A DNA stretch of 41,007 bases from a virus: the UHGV virus genome UHGV-0067929; one strand, 5' to 3'. The notes beneath the pieces are model-generated. The model was given only the letters and a program-made list of their open reading frames with translations. It did no database searches and was not told the DNA's origin. The translations under genes and the position numbers were made by a program. Of this stretch, positions 17,787 to 26,898 are shown in pieces (within the stretch, counting starts at the first letter, position 1; each line of letters starts with the position of its first letter).

Positions 17787-18122
17787 ATGTCAGGTGAGAA
17801 ACCAAGATACCGCGTTCTGCGCCTCTCTCATATCCATAACACTCTGTGGCCGGAGGGGGCAGAAATCGAATACGAAGGTGAGCCTGGTAGCGCACTGGAA
17901 CCTGTTAACGATGCAGCCAGACAGGCAAAAGCAAAAGTTGCAGGAAAGGTGTCAATGGCAGCAATCAGCACCAAAATCATCAACGATGTGTCAGATGATG
18001 GTGAACTGGATAAGCTCCGTGAAGAGTACGAATTGCTCTTTAACGAGAAGCCACACCATAACGCCAAAGCCGAAACGCTCCGCGAGAAGATCGCAGATAA
18101 GCGTAAAGAACTGGGCGTGTAA
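17787..18122 (+). CDS. hypothetical virion protein
   Basis: ATG 6 nt after AAGGTG; followed by terminator hairpin at 18139-18160. Confidence 0.5.
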   Translation: MSGEKPRYRVLRLSHIHNTLWPEGAEIEYEGEPGSALEPVNDAARQAKAKVAGKVSMAAISTKIINDVSDDGELDKLREEYELLFNEKPHHNAKAETLREKIADKRKELGV

Positions 18123-18138
18123 GCCTCGCGGATCAGAC

Positions 18139-18160
18139 AAGGGGCTTCGGCCCCTTTATT
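18139..18160 (+). terminator. intrinsic terminator within head gene block
   Basis: AAGGGGC-TTCG-GCCCCTT then TATT. Confidence 0.6.
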
Positions 18161-18172
18161 GCAGGAGTGTAT

Positions 18173-18496
18173 ATGGAACTCGTAAACCTCAAAACCGGCA
18201 CTGACAGCTACCAGGATGAGAGCGGAGAAACCAGAACTCGCGATGAATACCCGTGGGGGCTGTGCATCACGCTGAATAACGACACATTGAATAAGCTGAA
18301 GGCGCAACCTAAGGGCGTCGGAACAGAAGTGATGATAACTGCAAAGGCTGTTATTCGAGGCCTGTCTGCCAGAGAAACTGACGATGGCGTTAATCGCAGC
18401 GCCGATCTGCAGATCACTGATATGGCGATCGCTCCTGTTTCCGGGGATGTAGAAAAATCAGCGGCTGAAACTCTGTACGGTAACGGAGGTGAGTGA
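18173..18496 (+). CDS. hypothetical virion protein
   Basis: ATG 5 nt after AGGAG. Confidence 0.5.
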   Translation: MELVNLKTGTDSYQDESGETRTRDEYPWGLCITLNNDTLNKLKAQPKGVGTEVMITAKAVIRGLSARETDDGVNRSADLQITDMAIAPVSGDVEKSAAETLYGNGGE

Positions 18497-19101
18497 TGGC
18501 CTCTGTAGTAGAGATCTGTAATCGTGCGCTGTCCAATATTGGCAACAGCCGCAGCATTAACAGCCTGACGGAAGCCAGCAAGGAAGCGGGGGAATGTTCG
18601 CTGCACTTTGAGGCCTGCCGTGATGCTGTGCTTTCTGATTTTGACTGGAACTTTGCTACCAAACGCGTGGCGCTTGCAGATACGAGCAATCCACCGCCTG
18701 ACTGGGAATATGCGTACCAGTACCCGTCAGATTGTCTGCGCATTACTGAAATTATGCTTCCTGGTGTACGCAATCCAACAGCATCAATGCGCGTTCAGTA
18801 CGAAGTTGGTGCAGACACCAACGGAACAGGAAAGTTGATCTACACAGATCAGCCTCAGGCATGGCTCAAGTATGTCTCTCGCGTTACAGATGTGAACATG
18901 TTTGATGCCATTTTTATGGAGGCGTTGGCTTGGCGTCTTGCGGCAGCTATTAACATGGCGCTGACTGGGAATGCAGACCTCGGTACGTTTGCCCTCAATA
19001 TGTACAATCGCGTGATTCTTAGTGCTGGCTCGCATAGCCAGAATGAATCACAGGAACCACAGCCACCGGTTGACGAGTTTACCATTGCGAGGTTGTCCTG
19101 A
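18496..19101 (+). CDS. tail adaptor (T7 gp11-like tail tubular protein A)
   Basis: 201 aa, similar size to gp11; N-terminal pattern around NRALSNIGNS...WNF resembles gp11; TGATG coupling. Confidence 0.5.
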   Translation: MASVVEICNRALSNIGNSRSINSLTEASKEAGECSLHFEACRDAVLSDFDWNFATKRVALADTSNPPPDWEYAYQYPSDCLRITEIMLPGVRNPTASMRVQYEVGADTNGTGKLIYTDQPQAWLKYVSRVTDVNMFDAIFMEALAWRLAAAINMALTGNADLGTFALNMYNRVILSAGSHSQNESQEPQPPVDEFTIARLS

Positions 19102-21572
19102 TGGCTATCAGTTGGATCCAGCCAAGCTTTGCTGGTGGTGAGATTGGACCGTCGTTGTACGGGCGTATCGACATGGCGAAGTACCAGGTGGCATTGCGCA
19201 AGTGCGATAACTTTATCGTGCGGCAGTATGGCGGCGTTGAGAATCGACCTGGTACGCGTTTTGTCGGTGCCGCCAAATACCCAAATCGGAAATGCCGCCT
19301 GATCCCGTTCCAGTTCTCGACGGTTCAGACTTATGCTCTGGAGTTCGGACACCAGTACATGCGCGTTATCAAAGATGGCGCGTTGGTGCTGAACAGCAGC
19401 AATGTTATTTATGAAATTGCCACGCCATATACTGAAGCCGATCTGTTCCGAATTAAATTCACGCAAAGCGCAGACGTGCTTACGCTGGTTCATCCGGCAT
19501 ACCCGCCAAAAGAGTTGCGTCGCTATGCGCATGACAACTGGCAACTGGTTGATGTGGTAACGAAGAACGGGCCATTTGAAGATATCAATATTGACGAGTC
19601 AGTGACGGTTTATGCCAGCGCCAGCACCGGGACAATTACGTTAACGGCAAGCGCCTCTATTTTTGGCGCGGAGCAGGTAGGCAAATTGTTCTATCTGGAA
19701 CAGCCTGCAGTGGATTCTGTGCCGGTATGGGAAACCAGTAAGAGTACGTCGATTGGCGATATTCGCCGTGCAGACAGTAACTACTATCGCGCCGTTACAG
19801 CAGGCAAAACAGGTACTTTGCGCCCTTCGCATACAGAAGGCACATCATGGGATGGCTGGGGCGGATCCGGTGATGATGATACTGGCATTGAGTGGGAGTA
19901 TCTGCACAGTGGTTTTGGCATTGCCCGTATCACTGCTGCAAATGGCACTACTGCAACTGCTGAGGTGATTTCCTATATTCCTTCGCAGGTCGTTGGCGAG
20001 GATAATGCCAGCTATAAATGGGCTAAATATGCCTGGAACAGTGTTAATGGTTATCCTGGCACTGTTGTTTATTATCAACAACGTCTTTACTTCGCCGCAT
20101 CGACTGCGTTCCCTCAGACTATCTGGGCCAGCCGTACTGGGGATTATAAGGATTTTGGCAAAAGCAATCCTACGCAGGATGACGACAGAATTATCTACAC
20201 CTATGCCGGGCGTCAGGTTAATGAGATCCGCCACCTGATTGATGTTGGTTCGCTGGTGGCGCTGACTTCCGGAGGTGAGTACGTCATCACCGGCGACCAG
20301 AACAAAGTGTTAACCCCATCATCATTTGCATTCAGCTCTCAGGGATCAAATGGCTCGAGCAATGTCCCACCAATTGCCGTGGCGAATATTGCTCTGTTCG
20401 TCCAGGAGAAAGGCAGTGTTGTCCGTGATCTGGCCTACTCATTCGATGTTGACGGCTATCAGGGGAACGACCTGACCATCCTTGCCAATCATCTTTTTCA
20501 GAAGCACAGCATTGTTGACTGGTGCTTCTCGATTGTCCCTTACTCCAGTGCCTTCTGCATTCGTGATGACGGTAAATTACTGGTGATGACCTATTTGCGT
20601 GATCAGCAGGTTTTTGCATGGGCACCACAATCCAGTACCGGAAAATATGAAAGCACATGCAGTATCAGCGAAGGTAATGAAGATGCGGTGTATTTCGTCG
20701 TTAACCGAACCGTTAACGGGCAAACAGTGAGATACATCGAGCGGCTGTCCAGCCGTTTATTTACCAGCGATGAAGATGCTTTCTTTGTTGATTCTGGCCT
20801 TAGCTATGATGGAAGAAATACGTCTGACAGAACGATGACCATCACTGGTGGTTCTGGTGAATGGGATTACCGTGCGGAATATACAATCAGTGTTTCTGGT
20901 GGTGCGTACTTCACCAGTAGTGATGTCGGCGCGCAACTACAGTTCCCTTATACCGGAACTGATCCTGATACTGGCGATGAAGTGTCAAAAGAATTACGTT
21001 GCGACATTATTTCTGTAACCAGCAATACCGCTGTAGTGGTTCGTCCTAACAGGAACGTCCCACCATCCCTCAGGAATGTGGCTACCACAAACTGGCAGAT
21101 GGCGCGCCGGACATTTGGAGGTCTGTCTCATCTTGAAGGCCAGACCGTAAACATTCTCTCTGATGCGAACGTGGAACCACAGAAAGTGGTTTCCGGAGGT
21201 GCCGTCACGCTGGAATCTCCGGGTGCTGTAGTGCACATCGGCCTGCCAATAACTGCTGAATTCGAAACACTGGATATCAACATTAACGGACAGGAAACGC
21301 TGCTGGACAAAAAACAGGTGATCCCGTCCGTTACTCTGGTTGTGAATGCCAGTCGCGGCATCTGGGCGACTACGCCCGGCGGTAAATGGTACGAATATCC
21401 ACAGCGTGAATTCGAGTTCTACGATGATCCTGTTGATGATGCTACCGGAAAAGTAGAAGTGAAACTGGACAGTAACTGGGGCAAAAACGGACGTGTAAAA
21501 ATCCGTCAGCTTGACCCGTTGCCGCTGTCTGTTCTTGCCGTTATTCCTCGCCTTACTGTTGGGGGATTCTGA
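19101..21572 (+). CDS. tail nozzle (T7 gp12-like tail tubular protein B)
   Basis: 823 aa, similar size to gp12 and immediately after adaptor; N-terminal GGEIGPSL...GGVENRPGTRFV pattern. Confidence 0.55.
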   Translation: MAISWIQPSFAGGEIGPSLYGRIDMAKYQVALRKCDNFIVRQYGGVENRPGTRFVGAAKYPNRKCRLIPFQFSTVQTYALEFGHQYMRVIKDGALVLNSSNVIYEIATPYTEADLFRIKFTQSADVLTLVHPAYPPKELRRYAHDNWQLVDVVTKNGPFEDINIDESVTVYASASTGTITLTASASIFGAEQVGKLFYLEQPAVDSVPVWETSKSTSIGDIRRADSNYYRAVTAGKTGTLRPSHTEGTSWDGWGGSGDDDTGIEWEYLHSGFGIARITAANGTTATAEVISYIPSQVVGEDNASYKWAKYAWNSVNGYPGTVVYYQQRLYFAASTAFPQTIWASRTGDYKDFGKSNPTQDDDRIIYTYAGRQVNEIRHLIDVGSLVALTSGGEYVITGDQNKVLTPSSFAFSSQGSNGSSNVPPIAVANIALFVQEKGSVVRDLAYSFDVDGYQGNDLTILANHLFQKHSIVDWCFSIVPYSSAFCIRDDGKLLVMTYLRDQQVFAWAPQSSTGKYESTCSISEGNEDAVYFVVNRTVNGQTVRYIERLSSRLFTSDEDAFFVDSGLSYDGRNTSDRTMTITGGSGEWDYRAEYTISVSGGAYFTSSDVGAQLQFPYTGTDPDTGDEVSKELRCDIISVTSNTAVVVRPNRNVPPSLRNVATTNWQMARRTFGGLSHLEGQTVNILSDANVEPQKVVSGGAVTLESPGAVVHIGLPITAEFETLDININGQETLLDKKQVIPSVTLVVNASRGIWATTPGGKWYEYPQREFEFYDDPVDDATGKVEVKLDSNWGKNGRVKIRQLDPLPLSVLAVIPRLTVGGF

Positions 21573-22036
21573 TGATCGATGTTCAAATTATTCCCGCAAC
21601 CGAAGAGCATCTTCAGATGATTTTGCCGGATGTTCGTCAGGCTGATATTGACGAACTGTATGCGGTATCACTGATGACTACCGAAGATGCGCTGCGTGTT
21701 GGTCTGCGTACTGCGACTATGGCCTGGTCAGGATTTGCGAACGGAGAACTGGTAACCATGTTTGGCGTATCTCCGGCGTCAATGATCGGTGGCAATGGTA
21801 CGCCCTGGCTGGTCGGAACCAGCCGTATCGAAAAATATCAGAAGACATTTCTTCGCCACTGCCGCCCTGTATTGCAGCAGATGCTGGCAGTTTATCCGCG
21901 CCTGGAAAACTATGTCGACGAGCGAAACCATGTTGCCAAAGCATGGCTGCACTGGCTTGGATTCAGGCTTGAAGAAGCCGCGCCTTATGGTGCTCTTGGT
22001 CTTAATTTCCACAGATTTCACATGGAGAGAAAATAA
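21572..22036 (+). CDS. hypothetical virion/internal protein
   Basis: 154 aa, TGATG-coupled, in gp13-equivalent position. Confidence 0.4.
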   Translation: MIDVQIIPATEEHLQMILPDVRQADIDELYAVSLMTTEDALRVGLRTATMAWSGFANGELVTMFGVSPASMIGGNGTPWLVGTSRIEKYQKTFLRHCRPVLQQMLAVYPRLENYVDERNHVAKAWLHWLGFRLEEAAPYGALGLNFHRFHMERK

Positions 22037-22581
22037 TGTGCGATCCGGTTATTGCTGGTGGCGCAATGCTCGCCATGAGTGGCATTCAGGCATACACCCA
22101 GTACCAACAGGGAAAGTATGCCTCGAAGGTTGCAGAAGCGAACGCAGATATAGCCACAGCTCAGGCAAATGATGCAATAAACAGAGGTAACGCTGAAGCT
22201 GAGCAACGGCGCAGAGAGACCCGACAGCGGCTTGGTACACAGGCGGCGACAATGGGGGCTACCGGCGCTGATTTATCTACAGGTAACGCGCTGGATATAT
22301 TTGGCGACACTGCCCAGTTTGGCGCTCTTGATTCGCTGACGACGGTGAATAACGCGCAACGCGAGGCTTACGGTTATCAGGTTCAGGCTGCCAACTATAA
22401 AGCAGAAGCCAGTTCAGCCCGTAAACAGGGGAATGTGGGAGCAGCAACAACATTGCTCACTGCGCCTCTGAAGGCATACGGTGCGTACCAGATGTTTGGT
22501 GGGACGTGGAGTCCGTTTACTCAAAGCACTCCTGCGCCAATCGGGGCAGCAGCAGGAACCAGATTACCCGGAGGATTATAA
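22036..22581 (+). CDS. internal virion protein (T7 gp14-like)
   Basis: 181 aa; starts MC...GGAMLAMSGIQA like gp14 (MCWAAAIPIAISGAQA as recalled); Ala/Gln-rich. Confidence 0.5.
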   Translation: MCDPVIAGGAMLAMSGIQAYTQYQQGKYASKVAEANADIATAQANDAINRGNAEAEQRRRETRQRLGTQAATMGATGADLSTGNALDIFGDTAQFGALDSLTTVNNAQREAYGYQVQAANYKAEASSARKQGNVGAATTLLTAPLKAYGAYQMFGGTWSPFTQSTPAPIGAAAGTRLPGGL

Positions 22582-25094
22582 TGCCAGTCGTACCAACAGT
22601 ATCCGGACGTCAGGTTGAGAGTCGTGGAGTTCAGTCAGCAGGCTTGCAGACGTTTTCTCAGCAAGGTATTGGTGATGCTTTTGTTCGGGCAGGGACAGAG
22701 GCAATTGATGTTTTGGGGCAGGCAAAACAGCGTGCCAATATCGCTCTGGCTCAGGAGGCATCTCTTAACCTCAGTCAGATAAGCAGCGATCTGCTGAATA
22801 ATCCTGAAACAGGATTGCTTAACCTGAAAGGGAAAAATGCTATTGGAAAAGGCCATGAGTATACGCAGCAGTTTGATGCTCAGGTCGAACAACTGGCTAT
22901 GTCGCTGCCGGATGAACAGGCTCGTAATGCTTTCATGCAGCAGGCGCAGCAGCAGCGCATTCAGTTCACTACGCAGGCCGGGCGACACGAGATAGGGCAA
23001 ATTAATGCCTACGAAGAAGGCCAGTTTCAGGCGACACTGCTGAACAATGGTAAAAATGCCGCAGCATTGTATGGCGACAACGCCGCATACGTATTGGCTA
23101 ACAAGCAAACTTTCCAGCAAATTGAGGAGTACGGTGTTGCACATGGCTGGAGCAACGAGCAAATCCAGGCCAAGAAAATCGAGTTTAAAGAGAAGGTTGC
23201 TGATGCTGCATTGTCCCAGTGGTCGGCAAACAATGCGACCGCATTCATCCAAAGTAATGGCGAGTTAAGTGATACTGCTGCTGGAGCTCGCCGTGCTGTA
23301 GCAGATAGTGACTCTTCCGAGCGTGCCCGTGGCATACGCAACAATAACCCAGGAAATCTCGAATACAGCAAAACTAATCCGTGGGTAGGCCAGACCGGTG
23401 ATGATGGTCGATTTGCTAAATTCGAAACACCTGAACACGGGATTCGTGCATTAGGGCGGAACCTGATGTCGTATCAGAGGCAGGGTATTGATACCGTCAG
23501 CGAGATAATTAATCGCTGGGCACCGCCTGCTGATAAAAATGACACTATGTCGTATATCAAAGCAGTGTGCGAACAACTTGGCGTTTCTGCTGATGAGCCT
23601 CTCGATGCATCTAATCCTGATACCCTGAAGGCGCTTTGTGCAGCCATTATCCATCATGAGAACGGTAGCCAGCCATACAGTGATCAGCAGTTAACTGCTG
23701 GTGTCAGTGCAGCACTTGGTTTATCAACAATTCCAACCAACACCAAACGCTATACCGGTAATGCAGCATTCGATGCGGCATCTCCTGAGGCGCAGGCAAG
23801 TTTTATGCGACAGGCGGATCAACTGCGTCGGCAGCAGCAGGCTGAATATAAAACGATGATTGACAGCCAGGTTCGCGATGCGACAGCTGCGTATATGCGT
23901 GGCGTTGAATTTCCTAACCCACCTGGTGAGGCTGATTTTATTGCAGCTTATGGAGTAAGAGAAGGAAACCTGCGATATACCGAGTTCAGAAATACGCAAA
24001 TCGCCGGACAGTATATAGGCTCTTTCCGCAACATGCCGACAAGCAGCATTACAGCATATGTTGAGCAATTACGCCCGGATACTGGTGAGACAGGGGAGGG
24101 TTATGCGGCACGAGCCGCTCTTTATGACAACGTTGTGTCGGCTGCAAGTCAGGTGATAAAGCAGCGACAGGCTGATCCTGTACAGTTCTCTCTTGCCGCC
24201 GGACAGGCAAAGCCTATCGACATGAGCAATAAGGATAACTTTGGACAGAGCGTTGCCTTGCGTGCTGCTCAGGTCAGTGACCTTGCTAAGTCATATGGCA
24301 CTCCACTGACGTTCTTTTCCAAAGACGAGGCCAATCAGATCGGTGTTTTCTTTCGTGATGCGCCCGTTTCCCAACAGGCAGCATATCTCGATACCATCAG
24401 GCAGAACACTGGTGGTGGGCAGGTGTATATGTCAGCACTACAGCAGATCAGTGCCAACGCTCCATCTGCTGCCGTTGCCGGGATACTGATGGATAAGCCA
24501 GGTGGTATTTTGGCAGAAAAAAACTGGTTTAATCCGGATGTTTCCGTGTCTCCAGAAACCGCTGCGCAGACAATTCTTGCTGGCGCGGCGGCTCGTAAAG
24601 GTACTGATGACGCGAAAGGTATTCCGATGCCTAAAGATGCTGATCTTCGCCTTGAGTTTTCTGACATGGTGAAGGATGCATTTGCTGGTGATGCTCATGG
24701 GGCATCAATGGCATACGAGATCGCAAAGGACTATTACGCTGGTGTGATGGCGAAAAAAGGCGTGGTATCAGGCGAAATTGACAATGATATCTGGAAACAG
24801 GCTGTTAACGTAGCTACAGGTGGCGTGCATGACTATAACGGAATGGGGAATGTTCTTTTGCCGTGGGGAATGTCTGCAGAGCAATTCGATAAGCAGGTTA
24901 ATCAGGCTTGGAATGAACAAGTTGTTGGCACAGGGATAAAAACACCGCCTGGTCAGTATGGTTTGCAAAGTTACGGCGATAGTCAGTACCTGGTGAAACT
25001 TGGTACTGGTTATCTGCTAAAAGATGATGGTTCTCCCGTTGTTCTTGATCTGACACAGAAGCGTCAGAGATTCTCCGGAGATATTCCGCAATGA
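22581..25094 (+). CDS. internal virion / DNA-ejection protein
   Basis: 837 aa from ATG 22581 (TAATG coupling after GGAGG); large Gln/Ala-rich protein in gp15-equivalent position. Confidence 0.5.
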   Translation: MPVVPTVSGRQVESRGVQSAGLQTFSQQGIGDAFVRAGTEAIDVLGQAKQRANIALAQEASLNLSQISSDLLNNPETGLLNLKGKNAIGKGHEYTQQFDAQVEQLAMSLPDEQARNAFMQQAQQQRIQFTTQAGRHEIGQINAYEEGQFQATLLNNGKNAAALYGDNAAYVLANKQTFQQIEEYGVAHGWSNEQIQAKKIEFKEKVADAALSQWSANNATAFIQSNGELSDTAAGARRAVADSDSSERARGIRNNNPGNLEYSKTNPWVGQTGDDGRFAKFETPEHGIRALGRNLMSYQRQGIDTVSEIINRWAPPADKNDTMSYIKAVCEQLGVSADEPLDASNPDTLKALCAAIIHHENGSQPYSDQQLTAGVSAALGLSTIPTNTKRYTGNAAFDAASPEAQASFMRQADQLRRQQQAEYKTMIDSQVRDATAAYMRGVEFPNPPGEADFIAAYGVREGNLRYTEFRNTQIAGQYIGSFRNMPTSSITAYVEQLRPDTGETGEGYAARAALYDNVVSAASQVIKQRQADPVQFSLAAGQAKPIDMSNKDNFGQSVALRAAQVSDLAKSYGTPLTFFSKDEANQIGVFFRDAPVSQQAAYLDTIRQNTGGGQVYMSALQQISANAPSAAVAGILMDKPGGILAEKNWFNPDVSVSPETAAQTILAGAAARKGTDDAKGIPMPKDADLRLEFSDMVKDAFAGDAHGASMAYEIAKDYYAGVMAKKGVVSGEIDNDIWKQAVNVATGGVHDYNGMGNVLLPWGMSAEQFDKQVNQAWNEQVVGTGIKTPPGQYGLQSYGDSQYLVKLGTGYLLKDDGSPVVLDLTQKRQRFSGDIPQ

Positions 25095-26893
25095 GTTACT
25101 TTGGCCTTAATCCAGTAAACCAGAATCAGCAGCTTGACGAAGCAGCATCAAATCCAGTTGGCTTTAACAGCGATGTTGGTTTTTTCGACAATGCTGTAGG
25201 AGCGGCATTGTCTGGTTTGTACTCCGGGCTGGTGGCAAAGCCAGATCAGTTGCTCTGGGCAGGGATGGATAAAATCGTATCCCCGATTGCTCAGTTTGTT
25301 AACGAAAACACCTCGCTCAATGACACTTCAGTTTCATACATTGCCGAGCAGAGAAAACTAGCAGAGCAGCAGGTTAAGCGGCTGACGCCTGATGCCGCGA
25401 CAACCGGAACCGCCGGGCAGGTTCTTTATGGGTTGTTCGATATGGGCGGGCAGGCTGTTATCGGTACAACGCTCGGTGGTCCGGTCGGAGGTGCTGCGGC
25501 GGTAACTTCGCTACAGGGTTTTTCTGAGTTTGAACGGCTGACAGCACAGGGTGTTGATTTCAGGACGGCGCAGGAAGCGGGATTAGTGCAGGGTATTACT
25601 GCTGGTGCCGGAACACTGATCCCTATGAGCCTCGGGTTACGTGCTGGTGGTGCGCTGGCGGAAGGTGTGGCGGCTCAGCTTGCGCGGACGGGTGAAAGTT
25701 CAGTGCGACGCGCCGCAGCAACAGCAGTACGTGCAACGCCAGATATTGCCTATGCCGCAGGTACAAATATTGCGTTCGGTATGGCACAGCGTGGGCTTAC
25801 TGCAAAAACGCTTCGTGATGGTGGCTATAGCGAAATGGCTAACCAGTATGATGTGTTGGATCGACAGGCAATTGCTATTGATGCTGTTCTTGGGGTGGCG
25901 TTTGGTGGTGTCGGCAGATTTATTAACTCTCGCGGTGAGGCTACAAGCACCCCCAATTTTTCACCAGTTGATGTCGATGCTGCACTGGCGGCGAATGCCG
26001 CTCATCATGCTGAAATTGATATTGCTCCCGGCGTGCCGATCAACGTGCTTTCGCGTAATTCTCACATTCAGGCTCTGCGAAAAGCCATGTCTGATGTTAG
26101 CCAGGGGAGACCTGTAGACGTAGCCAGCATTGTTGAGTCTGCATCTTTCAGTGAAATTCCTGGGCGCAAGAATCTGCTGTCTCAGGCAGTTAATGAGGCT
26201 CTGTCATCTGTAGATGATGGAGTAACGGCGCGCGCTATCGAAAATCGGTTGCTTGAAGAACAGGCTGCGCAGCTTTTGCCTCGTGGCGATAGACAGGTTT
26301 ACCAGTCTGAAATCGCTAATAGCCAACGAATTATTGAAAATCTCACTGAACAGCGCGCACAAATTCTTGCAGAAGAGCCAACCGGTAGCGGTAAAGCTTT
26401 GTCTCGTGCTCGATCAGATAAACAGGCCAGACTTCGGGATATTGACCAACGAATCCGGCAGGCACAAGAACGCCTGGAATTTTCCCGTAACGCGTTGGCA
26501 CCGCATGAGCCTGGCGGTCAGTTTTTTGAAGCTCGAGCAGAACTGGCTCGGAGACAGCAGGCAGAAAGTGAACTTAATGCTCAGGCTGTTTCATTCTATA
26601 AAACAGCAGAGGTCAGGACGCCAGACGAAGTAGCTCCTTTTGAGCCCGGTAAGATATTGCAACAGACAGAACAAAAAATGATGGCAGATCCGGCAGGAGA
26701 TATTGATCTGCGTATAGCTGAAGACTCGCTGCTTGAATATCCGGACATGATAATCACCGTGCTGGATGATGATGGTAATCCACAATCGCGCAGCGCGCGT
26801 GAAGTACTGGATGAAGCGAACAGGGAAAGTGAGCAGGCAATACAGGATTCCAGCCTGTTTGATGTCGCTGTGGCGTGTTTCTTGAGAGGTTAA
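25091..26893 (+). CDS. internal virion / DNA-ejection protein
   Basis: 600 aa, ATGA-coupled; Gly/Ala-rich N-half. Confidence 0.45.
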   Translation: MSYFGLNPVNQNQQLDEAASNPVGFNSDVGFFDNAVGAALSGLYSGLVAKPDQLLWAGMDKIVSPIAQFVNENTSLNDTSVSYIAEQRKLAEQQVKRLTPDAATTGTAGQVLYGLFDMGGQAVIGTTLGGPVGGAAAVTSLQGFSEFERLTAQGVDFRTAQEAGLVQGITAGAGTLIPMSLGLRAGGALAEGVAAQLARTGESSVRRAAATAVRATPDIAYAAGTNIAFGMAQRGLTAKTLRDGGYSEMANQYDVLDRQAIAIDAVLGVAFGGVGRFINSRGEATSTPNFSPVDVDAALAANAAHHAEIDIAPGVPINVLSRNSHIQALRKAMSDVSQGRPVDVASIVESASFSEIPGRKNLLSQAVNEALSSVDDGVTARAIENRLLEEQAAQLLPRGDRQVYQSEIANSQRIIENLTEQRAQILAEEPTGSGKALSRARSDKQARLRDIDQRIRQAQERLEFSRNALAPHEPGGQFFEARAELARRQQAESELNAQAVSFYKTAEVRTPDEVAPFEPGKILQQTEQKMMADPAGDIDLRIAEDSLLEYPDMIITVLDDDGNPQSRSAREVLDEANRESEQAIQDSSLFDVAVACFLRG

Positions 26894-26898
26894 ATTAA

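Noticed and set aside
22635-23252. 205-aa minus-strand ORF
   Set aside because: Antisense inside the large internal virion protein gene; Leu/Cys-rich composition typical of reverse-frame artefacts
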